Under the pieces are notes generated by a model, which made no database searches, was not told the DNA's origin, and saw only the letters and a program-made list of their open reading frames with translations. Shown piece by piece: positions 43,901-54,749 of a stretch of DNA of 64,000 nucleotides (within the stretch, counting starts at the first letter, position 1; each line of letters starts with the position of its first letter). This DNA is from Diplonema japonicum (Eukaryota; Protista; Euglenozoa: Diplonemea): contig OZ025650.1 of the NCBI GenBank assembly GCA_964019335.1, positions 496,001-560,000 on the forward strand, read 5' to 3'. The position numbers were made by a program, and so were the translations under genes.

Positions 43901-44215
43901 TCTGGATGCCTTCACGGGGATGTACTTCCGGATTTTCTCGTCGCCTTCATACCGCCCTTTCATAGCATTGTCTATGATGAACATAGTGAACTCCTCCCAC
44001 GACACTCTCGCGTCCCCGTTGAAGTCGATCTCATTGAACAGGTCGTGCAGCTTATCGCTCGTGATCGCTGTACCCGAGATGTTCTTTCCCACCGCAGCCT
44101 TTTTCAGGACGGTGGCAAAGTCGTCGATCTCCAATCCCAGATCCTCGCCACCCTTCTCGAACTCAGTGCGCAACAGGTCTAACTCATGTTCCCCCAAGTT
44201 CTTCACTACTTCCAT
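40997..44215 (-). CDS. EF-hand and WD40 repeat protein (WDR49-like architecture)
   Basis: DFNGDARVSWEEF EF-hand followed by many GH/WD repeats. Confidence 0.85.
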   Translation of the reverse strand: MEVVKNLGEHELDLLRTEFEKGGEDLGLEIDDFATVLKKAAVGKNISGTAITSDKLHDLFNEIDFNGDARVSWEEFTMFIIDNAMKGRYEGDEKIRKYIPVKASRVPVGETNETGGYAVAAEMKKLKYFSEWDEIIKVSTFGNQHKLKVIDPKTLKGIKSTPRLPHSIMSIERTPEQDLLITSSSGMEVHFWDMTPAAVPVSLTRDYSVTEGILPLKRVVKVPESQLALRWCSKYKVLFSASRAGALNYWSVERMEITKTQPKVHEEAILDLLIVDQEVVTASLDSTIKIMNLERNVCTGVLKGHGQGVCTLAFSKQHQFLLSAGFEYEPLVWVLHIKDFHPWRLVDKQRPHHGTILGLYTVPDTPQVITADNQGMVKVWDIRTFQAVQTIIPWQQMNTTCRHARSNLFSAVTYIDSTDSIILSGPRSTFVYKYQQTSNHDCVGDAPVVTVLYNTVTRVIISVHKKSIKIWEETTGLIESVFDDLVTDEITSFCMCGRGRKFFVGTIMGQVSGYVASSGACIQEFGSHKAAVASLCYGTGSRGHKFIISVSQGGTPPVQINWDSQDSTSYPATAINAALQSMHATFCAISHANSMVIISTTSGRILCSDTYTFALTHVIECAGSAPQTYGHHTSKEVDAGCTGEVSALSVLGTLPAFACSDPSGYLYIWSTRPYPHPQRLLAKWFNRVGSTSRSDTDHKLTTTSIACHEAREMLYVGDDMGFVNVYSIRNVIQKTGLVPSKWPAPSSMDGTVRPPPETITDVPFLHSWKAHDDEINSVQVVIDVNRVSVFTSGFDFKVHIWNTEGVMIGSLCQGREREKTVQYSRMDRETTQKNNVTPWEFKEASTMLNIISSDTTISKAIPVAEKLKAAIRKPESVDAGRMANEVFLTTIDEPEEEMQGRNSEEEAEDVLPNTLPKKTVRINKVKMPKTVKRAQLTKRRKEGKETAIFPDIPKLRLPPYPAMRNPLYTALTHRPEPVVQVSSPTSTKLPVASDLFRQIEETHKRYCGASATARLPTMNFTPRAPTRLNHPPSVFPYNHTVKQQVLVSEPVPHSSYQKISYWADFGHRNPVH

Positions 44216-44263
44216 GTACACCTGTGATGCGTGTATGCGGAAGGAAATTGAAAAAAATTACTC

Positions 44264-46279
44264 TCACGCGTACGCCTCTCGCATGGCCTGCCTGGTAATA
44301 AGGTGCCGGACCAACGTCTCCCATTTCTTTATCAACGCACCTGACTTCTTTTCTCTCGCTGTCACTTTGTGTTTCATCTCGTTGTCGAAGACGGCAATTC
44401 GCAAGGCAACCTCGTACTCCTTGGGTACAGCCACACCATCAAAGTTCGGGCGGCTAAAGCCACCTAGCCTGGTGAAGCCAACAAGGGCTTTAGCGTAGGG
44501 TATAAAGTAGTAAGCACACATCTGCGCAACCCTGAAACCCGTGACGTGGGCAAGATTCTTTGGTAGCGGTCCGTCGACTAGTGACACGGTGCCGTCTGTA
44601 CGGGTGTCGCTGCTTATTCTCCCGTCTTTTGTTTCGACTTCCGCTTCATACACCTCAGTTTGCCACCACCCAAAAATATCTTTCATTTTCTTCCCCCCAG
44701 ACTCCGTTGTTTTCTGCCATCCAGTGACCTGCACCCTGCGCACACCTCTCTCGTTCCTTTTCACCTGTCGCCCCATTCTCCTCCATGCATCCCTCCCCCG
44801 CAACTTCGTCACATCTTCCCTCACGTAGATCTCATACTGGTGCTCCTTTTTGAAGGGGACGGCATCCGGGTGGAGGCCTTCCAGCTTTGTCAGAAGAGTC
44901 TTTGCACAGAATAGATTATGCTTGACAAGATCCTTGTGGAACCCCGTAGGAGGCTTCTTGTACTTCATTCTCCTGATAAGTTCTTTTTCTACCTCGACGT
45001 GTGCTGGCGTCACACTGTCATTAATCTTTTTGAGGGTTTGGGCAAGCCAGAGTCGTTCGGGGTGCACGTGCGATTCACCGTCAGAGCCGTCGTCGACTTG
45101 ATGTCGTTCCCACATGCCCTCGTCAGCTTCTTTTGGTATGTCGATGGTTTCGAGGCGCTTTGTAAGAGTAATATTGTAGTCAAACGCGTACTTCGGGGTC
45201 ACATCCAGCACATGTCCGTCAAGATAGGTGAATACATAGCTGTACCCCGAAACAGAACTGGGTGTGTCCACACCCATCCAGTACCCTTCGGGGGACAGCA
45301 CCTCGCACCACGACTTTATTTCAAGGAAATGCTGCACGGGTCTCTTGGCGTAATATGCGGTTTCTTCGTCAGCTGCTTTGTTTACCGCTTTCACCGGGTT
45401 TCTCGGTGTGTGCCCCAGGAAGTCCGGGTCCCACGGTGTGCTGGCTGTCGCGTCCGCTTCGTTTTCAACGTCCTTCGTTTTTTCCTCCGCATCAAGCATG
45501 GCGTCAACCGACACCTCGATGTACTCATTCTCGTCTTCAGAACTCTCGAAGCTGAACAAGTCGGATTCCGCATCTTTCGCCTTTTTCGCTTTGCGAGCAC
45601 GCTTCTTTCTTTCTTTCTTCACCACGGTTTTCTTGTCGGGAGTGGGCGCATATGTTGGCTGCTCTGGCTTGCCAAGGATGGCCCTGTCAGCTGCCGCGTC
45701 AAGATAGCGCCCGACTTTACGAAGGCTGCTTGTCCACGACGTGTCCATGGACACACCAACGACAGGGCGCACTATGTAGCCTGCACTGTGCAAGATAACA
45801 TGCACCTCACGTTGGTCAGCTTTATGGAATTCGCTTTGCAGCTTCTTAGCGAAGGCGTCCTTCACAGCAACTTTAACACGCTTGGATTGTGGAAGTTCAT
45901 TAACTGAGAATGCCGTGACGGGGGGAAGTGTCGGGAGGTGGTGAGGGTGAGAAGGGAGCTTTACCACAGAGGGGTTCACATGCTTGCACTGCCATTTCTC
46001 AGACAAGGAACGTAAATAGGATAAACAGCACAGCAGATAAAAACAGTGCTCGTTCCTTGCCTGAGTCAACAAAGTGCGCCGGAGTTCAGACCTCCTCCAC
46101 TTAGCCACTCTTCTTGCAGCTGTTATCGACGGCAGCCCTTTTTGTTTCTTCTTTTTGTCAGGGACATCAAGGTCTCGTTCACTGTCACTGTCCCCATACT
46201 CGTCACTGTTGTCGATCACAATAGTCAATTCCTCGCCAACCTCCTCCCATTCTTCGTCGGACATTGCCCTGTGGTGCAT
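44264..46279 (-). CDS. XPC: DNA damage recognition protein Rad4/XPC-like
   Basis: WCEV..W..VD, DVTPKY, AWRRMGRQVK, FGWWQT and ALVGF...DGVAV motifs (TGD and BHD1-3). Confidence 0.8.
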   Translation of the reverse strand: MHHRAMSDEEWEEVGEELTIVIDNSDEYGDSDSERDLDVPDKKKKQKGLPSITAARRVAKWRRSELRRTLLTQARNEHCFYLLCCLSYLRSLSEKWQCKHVNPSVVKLPSHPHHLPTLPPVTAFSVNELPQSKRVKVAVKDAFAKKLQSEFHKADQREVHVILHSAGYIVRPVVGVSMDTSWTSSLRKVGRYLDAAADRAILGKPEQPTYAPTPDKKTVVKKERKKRARKAKKAKDAESDLFSFESSEDENEYIEVSVDAMLDAEEKTKDVENEADATASTPWDPDFLGHTPRNPVKAVNKAADEETAYYAKRPVQHFLEIKSWCEVLSPEGYWMGVDTPSSVSGYSYVFTYLDGHVLDVTPKYAFDYNITLTKRLETIDIPKEADEGMWERHQVDDGSDGESHVHPERLWLAQTLKKINDSVTPAHVEVEKELIRRMKYKKPPTGFHKDLVKHNLFCAKTLLTKLEGLHPDAVPFKKEHQYEIYVREDVTKLRGRDAWRRMGRQVKRNERGVRRVQVTGWQKTTESGGKKMKDIFGWWQTEVYEAEVETKDGRISSDTRTDGTVSLVDGPLPKNLAHVTGFRVAQMCAYYFIPYAKALVGFTRLGGFSRPNFDGVAVPKEYEVALRIAVFDNEMKHKVTAREKKSGALIKKWETLVRHLITRQAMREAYA

Positions 46280-46410
46280 GATAATGACAGCATGAAAAAC
46301 GGAAAATTATTCTGTCAAAGCCGCAGCTCTTCTGCGGTTGTGTCGGAAAACATTCCAAAGAGAAAATTTGCATGGAACAACTTTGCCAAGTACATGTTGT
46401 ACGCAGGCCA

Positions 46411-47760
46411 TTAGGATCTATTCGAAAAGAGGCTAGGCGCAGAAAATTGGTAGTTTGGCATTTTGGGTTTCGATGAACCAAAGAAACGGAAAACGGCAGC
46501 ATCATGAACAGGGTGTGTGGTGTGCATCACTAAAGAGAGAGCCTTCCTGCGCTCTGCGTCACTCAAATCGGCTTGGGTACGCACCTTGCGTGTAGCCTTG
46601 ATAAACGACGTAAAGAGCAATGCCATTCGTGAGTACCGCAGCCTTAGCCTGTGCAACTGCGCATTCTCCAGATTCGAAGCTGAGGTAGCAAGCATGTCGA
46701 CGTCTTGCGAATAACTGCAGGATGCCTCACTCTTCCGTGCCTTGTCCCATCGCGTGCAGTTCCTGCGCAACTCTGCCTTCCGGCCCTTCAGCCTTATGTG
46801 AACACACCCATCGGGCAAGTCGCCGTCGTAGGCGCTGTCCGGCATTCCGATGATATTGCACGCGTAGCATGGTTGGTAGGTGTCAGATAGCTCTATAACT
46901 TTGCGCAGCTCCTGCGGGAGTAGTTCCGCCACCATCCTCACCGTGCTCTTCACAAGGCAGGTATCGTCTGAGGTAATGATGACCTGGTCGCCAGACGCCA
47001 CATGGAACACTAGCAATCGGAACGCCTCAGAGGAGCTTCCGATAGAAAGGTACTCACGTAGCTTGTGGAGGGACATGCTCTGTTGGGCTGCCGAGGAGGG
47101 GACGCTGAACGCGTGATACGAAAGTTTTAAGGAGAGGCGTGTGAGAGACGTGTGGAAGCACCACACAAGGCGTGCATGGATGTCGCGGAGGAGGTTGGGT
47201 TGTTCAAGCAGCTCAGAAAGAGTACGGAGCTCTGTGGTCTTCCTCTGCTTCTTGAAGTCGGTGAAGCCAGACACAACATGGTCAGCGTGGATGTGCGCAA
47301 GTTTCCGACGACGAGTCTCTTTTTGGAAGGTTTGCTTCGCTAGGTGCTTCAGACCAGCGGCAATGTCACAAAATACAGCACCTACAAAGCTAACATGCGC
47401 CAGGAGAGGCTGCACCTCGGGCCATGTGCTCATCAAGGCGAACGTTCTGTGCAAGCCACGGGCATCACGATCAAGAACCTGGAATATGTATGCCAAGGTT
47501 CCCACCTTACCTTTGCCCCCGAACACCATCTTTCCTTCCCTTCCGGGGCCGACATGCTCTGCACTAAGTGCCCTCAGGCACACGCTTCTGACAACAGGTA
47601 CAAGTCCTGCTTTTACTGTTCTGCCTGACGCATATCGTGTCTCCTCTACCTCAGTAGTGTACCATGCGTTACCGTCATCCCTGCCCTCCTGTTCGGAGCA
47701 GCTCAGGACAAGTTTCGGTCCGTCTTTCTCGCTAAATGTTGCTAGCAGCAATGCATTCAT
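46411..47760 (-). CDS. FLCN: folliculin-like protein
   Basis: FSEKDGP, CLRALSAE..GREG..VFG, D.DARG..R and Y.CNIIG motifs. Confidence 0.85.
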   Translation of the reverse strand: MNALLLATFSEKDGPKLVLSCSEQEGRDDGNAWYTTEVEETRYASGRTVKAGLVPVVRSVCLRALSAEHVGPGREGKMVFGGKGKVGTLAYIFQVLDRDARGLHRTFALMSTWPEVQPLLAHVSFVGAVFCDIAAGLKHLAKQTFQKETRRRKLAHIHADHVVSGFTDFKKQRKTTELRTLSELLEQPNLLRDIHARLVWCFHTSLTRLSLKLSYHAFSVPSSAAQQSMSLHKLREYLSIGSSSEAFRLLVFHVASGDQVIITSDDTCLVKSTVRMVAELLPQELRKVIELSDTYQPCYACNIIGMPDSAYDGDLPDGCVHIRLKGRKAELRRNCTRWDKARKSEASCSYSQDVDMLATSASNLENAQLHRLRLRYSRMALLFTSFIKATRKVRTQADLSDAERRKALSLVMHTTHPVHDAAVFRFFGSSKPKMPNYQFSAPSLFSNRS

Positions 47761-47908
47761 CTAACCTTGGTGTTGTTTATGGAACGGGTTATAAAGATTA
47801 AAAAAAAAAAACAAAAGGGCTAGCAAATCAATTTTCTGATGCATTATTATCATATTTACATGCAGCAAGAGGGGAATACGAAAAGGTGTACCGGCACTAA
47901 TCTCAAGA

Positions 47909-50369
47909 TTACGATGCCTTCGCTTTGACGTATTTTATTGCAACTGCCACGTAAGTGGAGTACGATTCAAGAGCTACTTCATCGTCTTCTGAAAATGCGA
48001 TCAAATCATTGCCGTCGTTGATGCAGCGGTTTTGTGCCTAAGTGATTGCAAATAAATTGTGTTGCATACCTCAACCACACCAAGTAACTGGCCCGTTACT
48101 GTTTCTTTGATGGGGATACACAATACGTTCTTCACGGAGACATTGGTGATCGAGAATGCAGCCTGTGCTACAGAAGTGTTTTTAATGTTCAACATTTCGC
48201 CAACGACAGCGACATGCCCAGCTACTCCTTCACCTAAAGGTACTGTTATGACAGTGCCATCTGCTGTGGAGGTGTACAGCATTGCCCGTGTCTCATTCAT
48301 AAGGTACAACGTGGCGTTGCTACACTGCACAAAACTGCGTGCGCCAATCGCGACAGCTCTGAAAATCTACAATATGGTGCATGGTGTGTTTCTTCACATA
48401 CCTCTTCAACCCTCACCGCAGCATTGAGCTCTCTTGACACCTCATTCAGCACCCGTGCTCTACTCTCAAGCTCCTGTATACGTTCTGTTTGTTGTCCAAA
48501 CATGAGATGGATGCCCGCTTGTCCTCCCAACAATGACAACAATGCTATATCCTGCTCGTCAAACCTGCCACTGAGCTTGTTGATAGCCTGAATCACAGCA
48601 AGAACACGATTCCCTTGCTTCACAGGGCAGCACAACAAGTTCTTGGTCCTGTACCCTGTGGCTATGTCGACAACTTTGTTGAAGCGCGGGTCTTCATAGG
48701 CGTCCTGGATCGTCAGAATTTCACCTTTGCAGGCAGACCACCCTGCTACACCTTTGTTGATTGGCATTCTGATCTTCTGCCCGTTGGCGTTTACATTGTG
48801 AAAAGACCACAATTGCTCGTTCTCTTCATCGACCATGAATAATGTGGCACGGTCACAGTGTATCAACTTTCTCACCGCATTCACAACAAGCTCCACAGCA
48901 TTCTCGAGATTGAGCTCGCTCGACAGCTCCGACACACAGGTGATGACACATGCAAGGTTTTGCGTGAAAGCTTCTTTGGACTGCATGTTCTCCAACTGCG
49001 TTACCGCTTCAGACTTGCCTAGTTCTTTCTTGGGTATCTCAGAAAGCCGGCGACTGTTTTTCGTGATCAACAGGTACGTGTTGCACATGCCCTTTCCCTT
49101 TACAAACACATCCGTCATAAGATCGAACTCATTGTTATATTTCTCCTCTAAGTGGTGAGCAACTTGCTCGGTGCAGTTTATCCTGTTCGTTTTAGATAAA
49201 GACTCCATCCTGCTGGCCATGTTCACCGTGTCACCCCAGAAATCATAAATGGGCTTCGTGGCACCTAGCACACCAGAGACAGCCTCTCCCGAGGCAATAC
49301 CAAACCTTACATTCACTCGCTCGTTTATTTTTAACTCGGGCAGGCTGGTGTCATGCAATGTCTCAACGACATCGACGCACCAGTCGATCATGAGCTTGAT
49401 GTGGTCGGTATATTGCTGCCTAAACCCACTCACGGCCATGTAACAGTCACCAATGGTCTTCACTTTCATTATTCTGTGCTTGTCAGCAAGATTATCAAAC
49501 AGAATGAACAGCTTGTTGAGGCCAAGCACAAGGTTCGAATAATGTAAGTGCGCCGTCATTTTCGTGAAGCCAACCAAATCCGTGAAAGAAAATGTCAAAG
49601 AATTGTGTTTTACAGCAATGCATTGGGTCCCATGGTGTATGTCCATAACCACATCTTGGGGGATCAATGAGTAGAGGATGCCTTCGTTCGCTGTTGCTAG
49701 CTTAAGCTCGCTCCGAAGCAACATGTAACATGCAAACATGACAATAAGGTTCAAAGCAGCACAGGCAACTGTGATGTAGCCCAGAGTAGTCGCATCGATA
49801 ATGGGTAGTATTAACTGAGGGACACAAAAGAGAGACGCAATCAGGTACTTTAAAGTACGGGAGTTTTTTCGACTGGATACGGTGCCAGGTTGTGAGAAAG
49901 CATTGTCAACTTTTTTGGGGCTGGATGAACCATCTTTTAATGATTCGCTCCTCACCAACAAATTATAGTTCGGAGATGTGGGGATATTTAGCTGAGGCGA
50001 AGTTGATGCATCGGGTGGGTCTTCAAAGGGAACGACCAGTTGTGCCTTGTTATTGGTGCTCGTAGTGCTTTCTATGATACTTGGTAACGTGGCTGTCGAC
50101 TGTTTCGGCGTGATTCGCCTGCTAGCTAGTCGCATGCTTATCTGCCGTTCTTCCTCGTCACTAGTGATCCGACACCGAGCCATTGCACCCTCTACTTCTT
50201 CGGCATTCATCTCCTCGTGTGTGCTGTACCGTCTCCTCTTCTCAAGCTCTCTCTCCCGAAGCTCATACATCCACTCATCTGTTTGCATAGCGTCTTCGGG
50301 TTTTGGTTCTGCGTAGCACAGCTTATCCATCTCCTCCGCATCCCCATCCATCTCAGTAAGGAACTCCAT
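47909..50369 (-). CDS. membrane class III adenylate cyclase with two C-terminal GAF domains; introns 48367-48401, 48038-48069
   Basis: Two TM segments; FTDLVGFT, KVKTIGDCYM and YDFWGDTVNMASRME; GAF motifs DAYEDPRFN..VD..TGYRT and NK..FD..D. Confidence 0.9.
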
Positions 50370-50492
50370 CTATTCAACGCACATCGTATCTGTGGTGGGT
50401 TGGCGGGTTGACGAAAAGGGTGAAAATAAAGGAAGCTTTGGAGGATCTCCAAGGCAATGTACTAAACTAACTGCAAGTTCTGCCTCTTAATC

Positions 50493-51918
50493 TCAATCAT
50501 ACTTCCTGCGCTTGTCATGGTCACTCGAAGACGAACGACGACGCTGTGTGTGTGTGTGAAGTGCTATTGTTGCATACCTTTCTCTCGGAGGCGTCTGCCT
50601 TCACGTCATCAAGGATGGCGTCCATTCCGAAGGGGTCCTCTTCTCTGGTGCTCTCGAACTCAATGCTCCTCATGGGGTCCGACTTCCCCTCTTGTTTTCT
50701 GTGTTCTGCGTCGAGTTGTTCACGGTTCGCCTTGAATTGCGATTGCTTCCTATCGTTCTTGCTGAGAAGAGATTTTGTATAAGCGTTTCCCTCACCTTCC
50801 GTGTCCTCCAAGTTGCTGCCCAAGCCCCCGTTCCCCTGGTTGAACAACCTTTGGTCCAAGTAAGAGTCACCTCCGCCACCCCCACTACCTAGGCCGAGAG
50901 CCATCCTTTCACCCACGTCACGCTCTCCATCCTTGTCTCTTGCACCCCCTGATGCTTTGTGTGCTGCAATCCTCCTTTCGTGTTCCCACTTCCTTCTCCT
51001 CTCCTCACGCACTTCGTTTCTTTTCCTCTCCTCATCAACTTCTTCCCATGTCATGTCTTCGTTCTTTCTGGCTTCCTGCAGTTCGCTCCACTGTTCCCTG
51101 GCCTTGATTGCGTTTTCCTTCATCTTCGATTCGCTCTTCTCCTTTGCCTTGAGAGCCTTCTTCTTATTCACGGCTATCCTCTTCTCCACCTGCTCCCTCA
51201 TCGTCGTTTCTGCCGTCGTCATAGCTGTCGAGAACGATGCGAATTTAGGATTGATCTGCGCCTCCTGCAGGCCTCTGCCGTCTGCAGCAAGACGCTTATC
51301 TAAGGGAATGACATAGCCCTTTGGGTTTTTCCAGTTTGAGATGCACGGCGGGACTTTCCATTCCTGCATGTCCTCCATCTTGAGCTTTCTCTGAGGAGAG
51401 TGGAGTACAGGTGCTGGGGGAGAAGGAGGCCCCCCAGGCACTCTCTGCACACGAAACTTTGATGGCTCCAGAGGGTCCTTTTGTTGCTCAACCATCTTTA
51501 CCATTCTCCCCTGTACTTTTTCGCCGCCGCCCACTGTCTCACTGGGATTGTACCTGAAGTACGTTGCTCCGTTGTTCGCCTCTGGACCTTGTGGTGTTAT
51601 GGAAGCAATCTTGCCAGAGATTCTCGCCTCAAGTGCCTTTCTTGCCTTTTCATTAGCATCGTCCAGCTCCTCTTCGCATGGCCTGCTCAAGTCATTGTCC
51701 TCATAGTCTTTTGGAATGAGGTCGCTGAACTTGCTATACACTGTGACGCCTTCCGCGACGCCTTGTTCCGCGACGGCCGTTGATTGAATATTTCCACTGC
51801 TGTCCGTCGTCACTGCCAACGCGTTGCTTTTCCTGTCCGGTCTGCCAATGTCCAAAGGATACTGCAGCTCGTGTATTTCAGGAAAGGCGCCCCCGTCCCC
51901 ATGATTAAACCCCACCAT
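50493..51918 (-). CDS. SNW1: splicing factor SKIP/SNW1/Prp45; intron 50544-50577
   Basis: GDGGAFPEIH, DPLEP, SPPAPVLHSP and SNWKNPKGY..PLDKRLAADGRGL motifs. Confidence 0.93.
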
Positions 51919-51988
51919 GTTATGCCTGTGTGATTGTGGAGTATCAATAAAACAAAACAAATTCAGATAGGAATGACATGCAAGGTTT

Positions 51989-53470
51989 CTACTTCTTCTT
52001 GGCGATGACCTTCTCGGTGGTCTTGGTGACCTTGCCAAGCATGACGACACCGTTGCCCTCCATGATGGCGACACGGGAGAGACCCTCGCAGTTCTTGAAG
52101 GTGTCGACGACAAGGGGCTGCTGGGGGGCGAAGACGACCTCAGCCATCTCGTTGGCCTTCAGGCAGTGGGGCTCCTCAGCCTTCTTACCGCCGGTCTCCT
52201 TACCCATCTTCCACACCAGCTGGGTCATCCTCACGGCGGACCTACCGGTCCTCACGAAGCACACGGGGGTGTACCCGACCTTGAGCTCACCGGGGTGGTC
52301 CAGGATCTGCACCTGCGCGTTGAAGGTACCGGCCTCCTTCAGGGAGGCGTCCTTCTTGTAGATCATCACGTCACCGGTCCTGGGCATGTTGTCCTTGTTG
52401 AGACCCTTCACGTTCAACCCAACGTTGTCACCAGCCTTGGCGTCCTCGCACCTCTTGTGGTGCATCTCGCAGGTGAAGACCTTACCCACGCACGCGTTGG
52501 CGGCGGTGTGGGTGGGGAGGAAGAGCACTTCCTCACCGGGCTTCACGATACCCTGCTCCACACGACCGGTAATAACATCACCGACACCCTTGATCTGTAT
52601 TTATTTGTGTGTGCGTGCGTGTGCGTGTGTTGTTTATTTTATTTCTATTTTGTTGTTTCATACCTTGTACACACCCGAGACGGGCATCCTCATGGGAGCG
52701 TCGTTCTTCCTCTCAGGCATCCTCACCATCTTGTCAAGAGCGTCAACAAGGGTGTCGATGTGGAGCTTCTCGTCAGCACCGACAAGAACATCCTGACCCT
52801 TCCACCAGTCCATCTTGGTGGACTTCTTCAGAAGGTTGTCACCGATCCAACCCGAGATGGGGAGGACGGGGACGTTCTTCTCAACGAAGTCCTTCTTCCA
52901 ACCGGTCTTCACCAACATGCTCTTCATCTCCTCCTTGATCTCGTTGTACCTCTCCTCCTTGTACTGGGCGACGTCGCAGTCCATCTTGTTGATACCAACG
53001 ATGAGCTGCTTCACACCGAGAAGGTTGATGAGACGGGCGTGCTGCCTGGTCTGCCCCTGGATCTCACCAGCCTTGTGGTTACCCCTCGCGATGGCGGACA
53101 CGAAGTTACCGTCAGCGGGGATCATCAGAAGGGCCACGTCGGCCTGCGAGGCTCCGGTGATCATGTTCTTGATGAAATCCCTGTGCCCGGGGGCGTCGAT
53201 CACGGTGTAGTGCCACTTCTCCGTGAAGAACTCCTTGGTGGTGCAGGCGATCGTCACACCACGCTCACGCTCCTCCTTCTGCCTGTCCATGTAGAAGGCG
53301 AAGGCGAAGGACTGCTTACCGAGACGCTCAGCCTCAGCCTTCAACTTCTCCATCTCACGCTCGGGGATTCCACCAAGCTCGAAGAGGAGACGCCCGGTGG
53401 TCGTCGACTTCCCGGAGTCGACGTGACCGCAGATCACGATCGACAAATGCTGCTTACCGTCGGTGGCCAT
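51989..53470 (-). CDS. EFL: EFL copy 2 (intron 52595-52663)
   Basis: Translation identical to copy 1; same intron. Confidence 0.95.
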
Positions 53471-54749
53471 GGTTTATGAGTTGATAGCTGTCGGGGGGTG
53501 GGTGGATGGATGGATGGATGGATGGATGGATGGGTGGGTGGGTGGGTGGGTGGTGATGGTTTTCTTTCTTTTTTTTTTTTCCCCCTCCCTTCTCACTCCA
53601 AAAAATTTACTGCAAATAATTTCTTCAGCGTTTATCAAATATCATCCCCAGTTTGCCTGCAAAGCAGTCAAATAAGCTACTCTTATCGTGTTTGGATCAT
53701 CACAAGAATTCAAAAGCAAGCCAAAAGAAAACCAAGGCAAAGAGAGTCACCCATCAATGAAAGTTCTAGGACAAGAAATGATGAGCTGAAGTAGGTAGCG
53801 AAGCACAGTCACAACTCGAGGCATTGTCCAGTGAAAACTATTCCGCAAAGAAAAACAGACGGAAAAAGGGGTTGGAGGTACAGACATAAACAACAATACA
53901 AAGAATCAGATAAGAAACCGAAATACAAAGATTATAACTCACGAAAGTATTCATGTGAAACACGGAACATTGTACTTTTTCATCATCTCTTTGAGGGGTG
54001 GCATTGTGTCTCCTGTCTGATCTTGGAACAGGGAGTATACTGTTGGCAGCATGGGTGACCCCGCCACAGAGCTGTTTGTTCCCTCTTGGAGGGGAAAGCC
54101 TTCAAAAGGAAAAAGCAACGAAAGAAGCCCTAAAAAAGCTGTAAAAGGTTCAGCGGTGTCCTAAGGGTAATTAAGTTGCCATTTCTCGGGCATCGCACCT
54201 TGTGCTCCGACTGGGGCGGCATCATAGTGATTGTCATCATCTAGTAGAGGAAAGAAACAGTCAAAGGAAACAGTCCCCCTTCCCGCACCTGGGAAAACAC
54301 AGGTTTGTGTGGTCAGGTAAAACCCGAAAGTCAACTTCACACAGCAAAAAAAATAATGCATCAGGTCTTGAAACACATTGTGGAAAGTAATGTCATCACT
54401 TCAACTCCTTCTCATTCATGTTAAATGTTTCCCTCATGCAAACCTCTCGAACAAGAAATGATGAGCTTGAGGTAGGTAGCGAGGCGCAGTCACAGCTCGA
54501 GGCATTGTCCTGAAGACTTTCTTCCTGTGTGTCTTGCAGACACAAAGTAAAAGGAAGGTTGTGTCTTGCCATGAAGTTGCCCTTGCAGTGCGAGAAGGGG
54601 CGTCCTGCAGGTTTGATCGTCATGGCGGAAAGTGAATGGAAGTGTACGAAACAAACTGAACGGGGCAACTAGGGCCACAGTTCTTGCCCGAGTCATTGAC
54701 CTGCAGTGGCGATGTCGAAGACTGCGCCCAGAGGCTGGTTACCAAGGGC
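51989..54749 (-). repeat. direct repeat of about 2.75 kb (EFL + proximal snoRNAs), matching 331-3080
   Basis: Near-perfect identity apart from 12 extra nt of TGGA microsatellite and two visible substitutions near 54657-54681. Confidence 0.9.

Noticed and set aside
51919-52113. Apparent EFL alternative-frame fusion to SNW1
   Set aside because: A CACACAG acceptor sits just before the ATG at 51918, and the same EFL frame closes quickly in copy 3; likely incidental.
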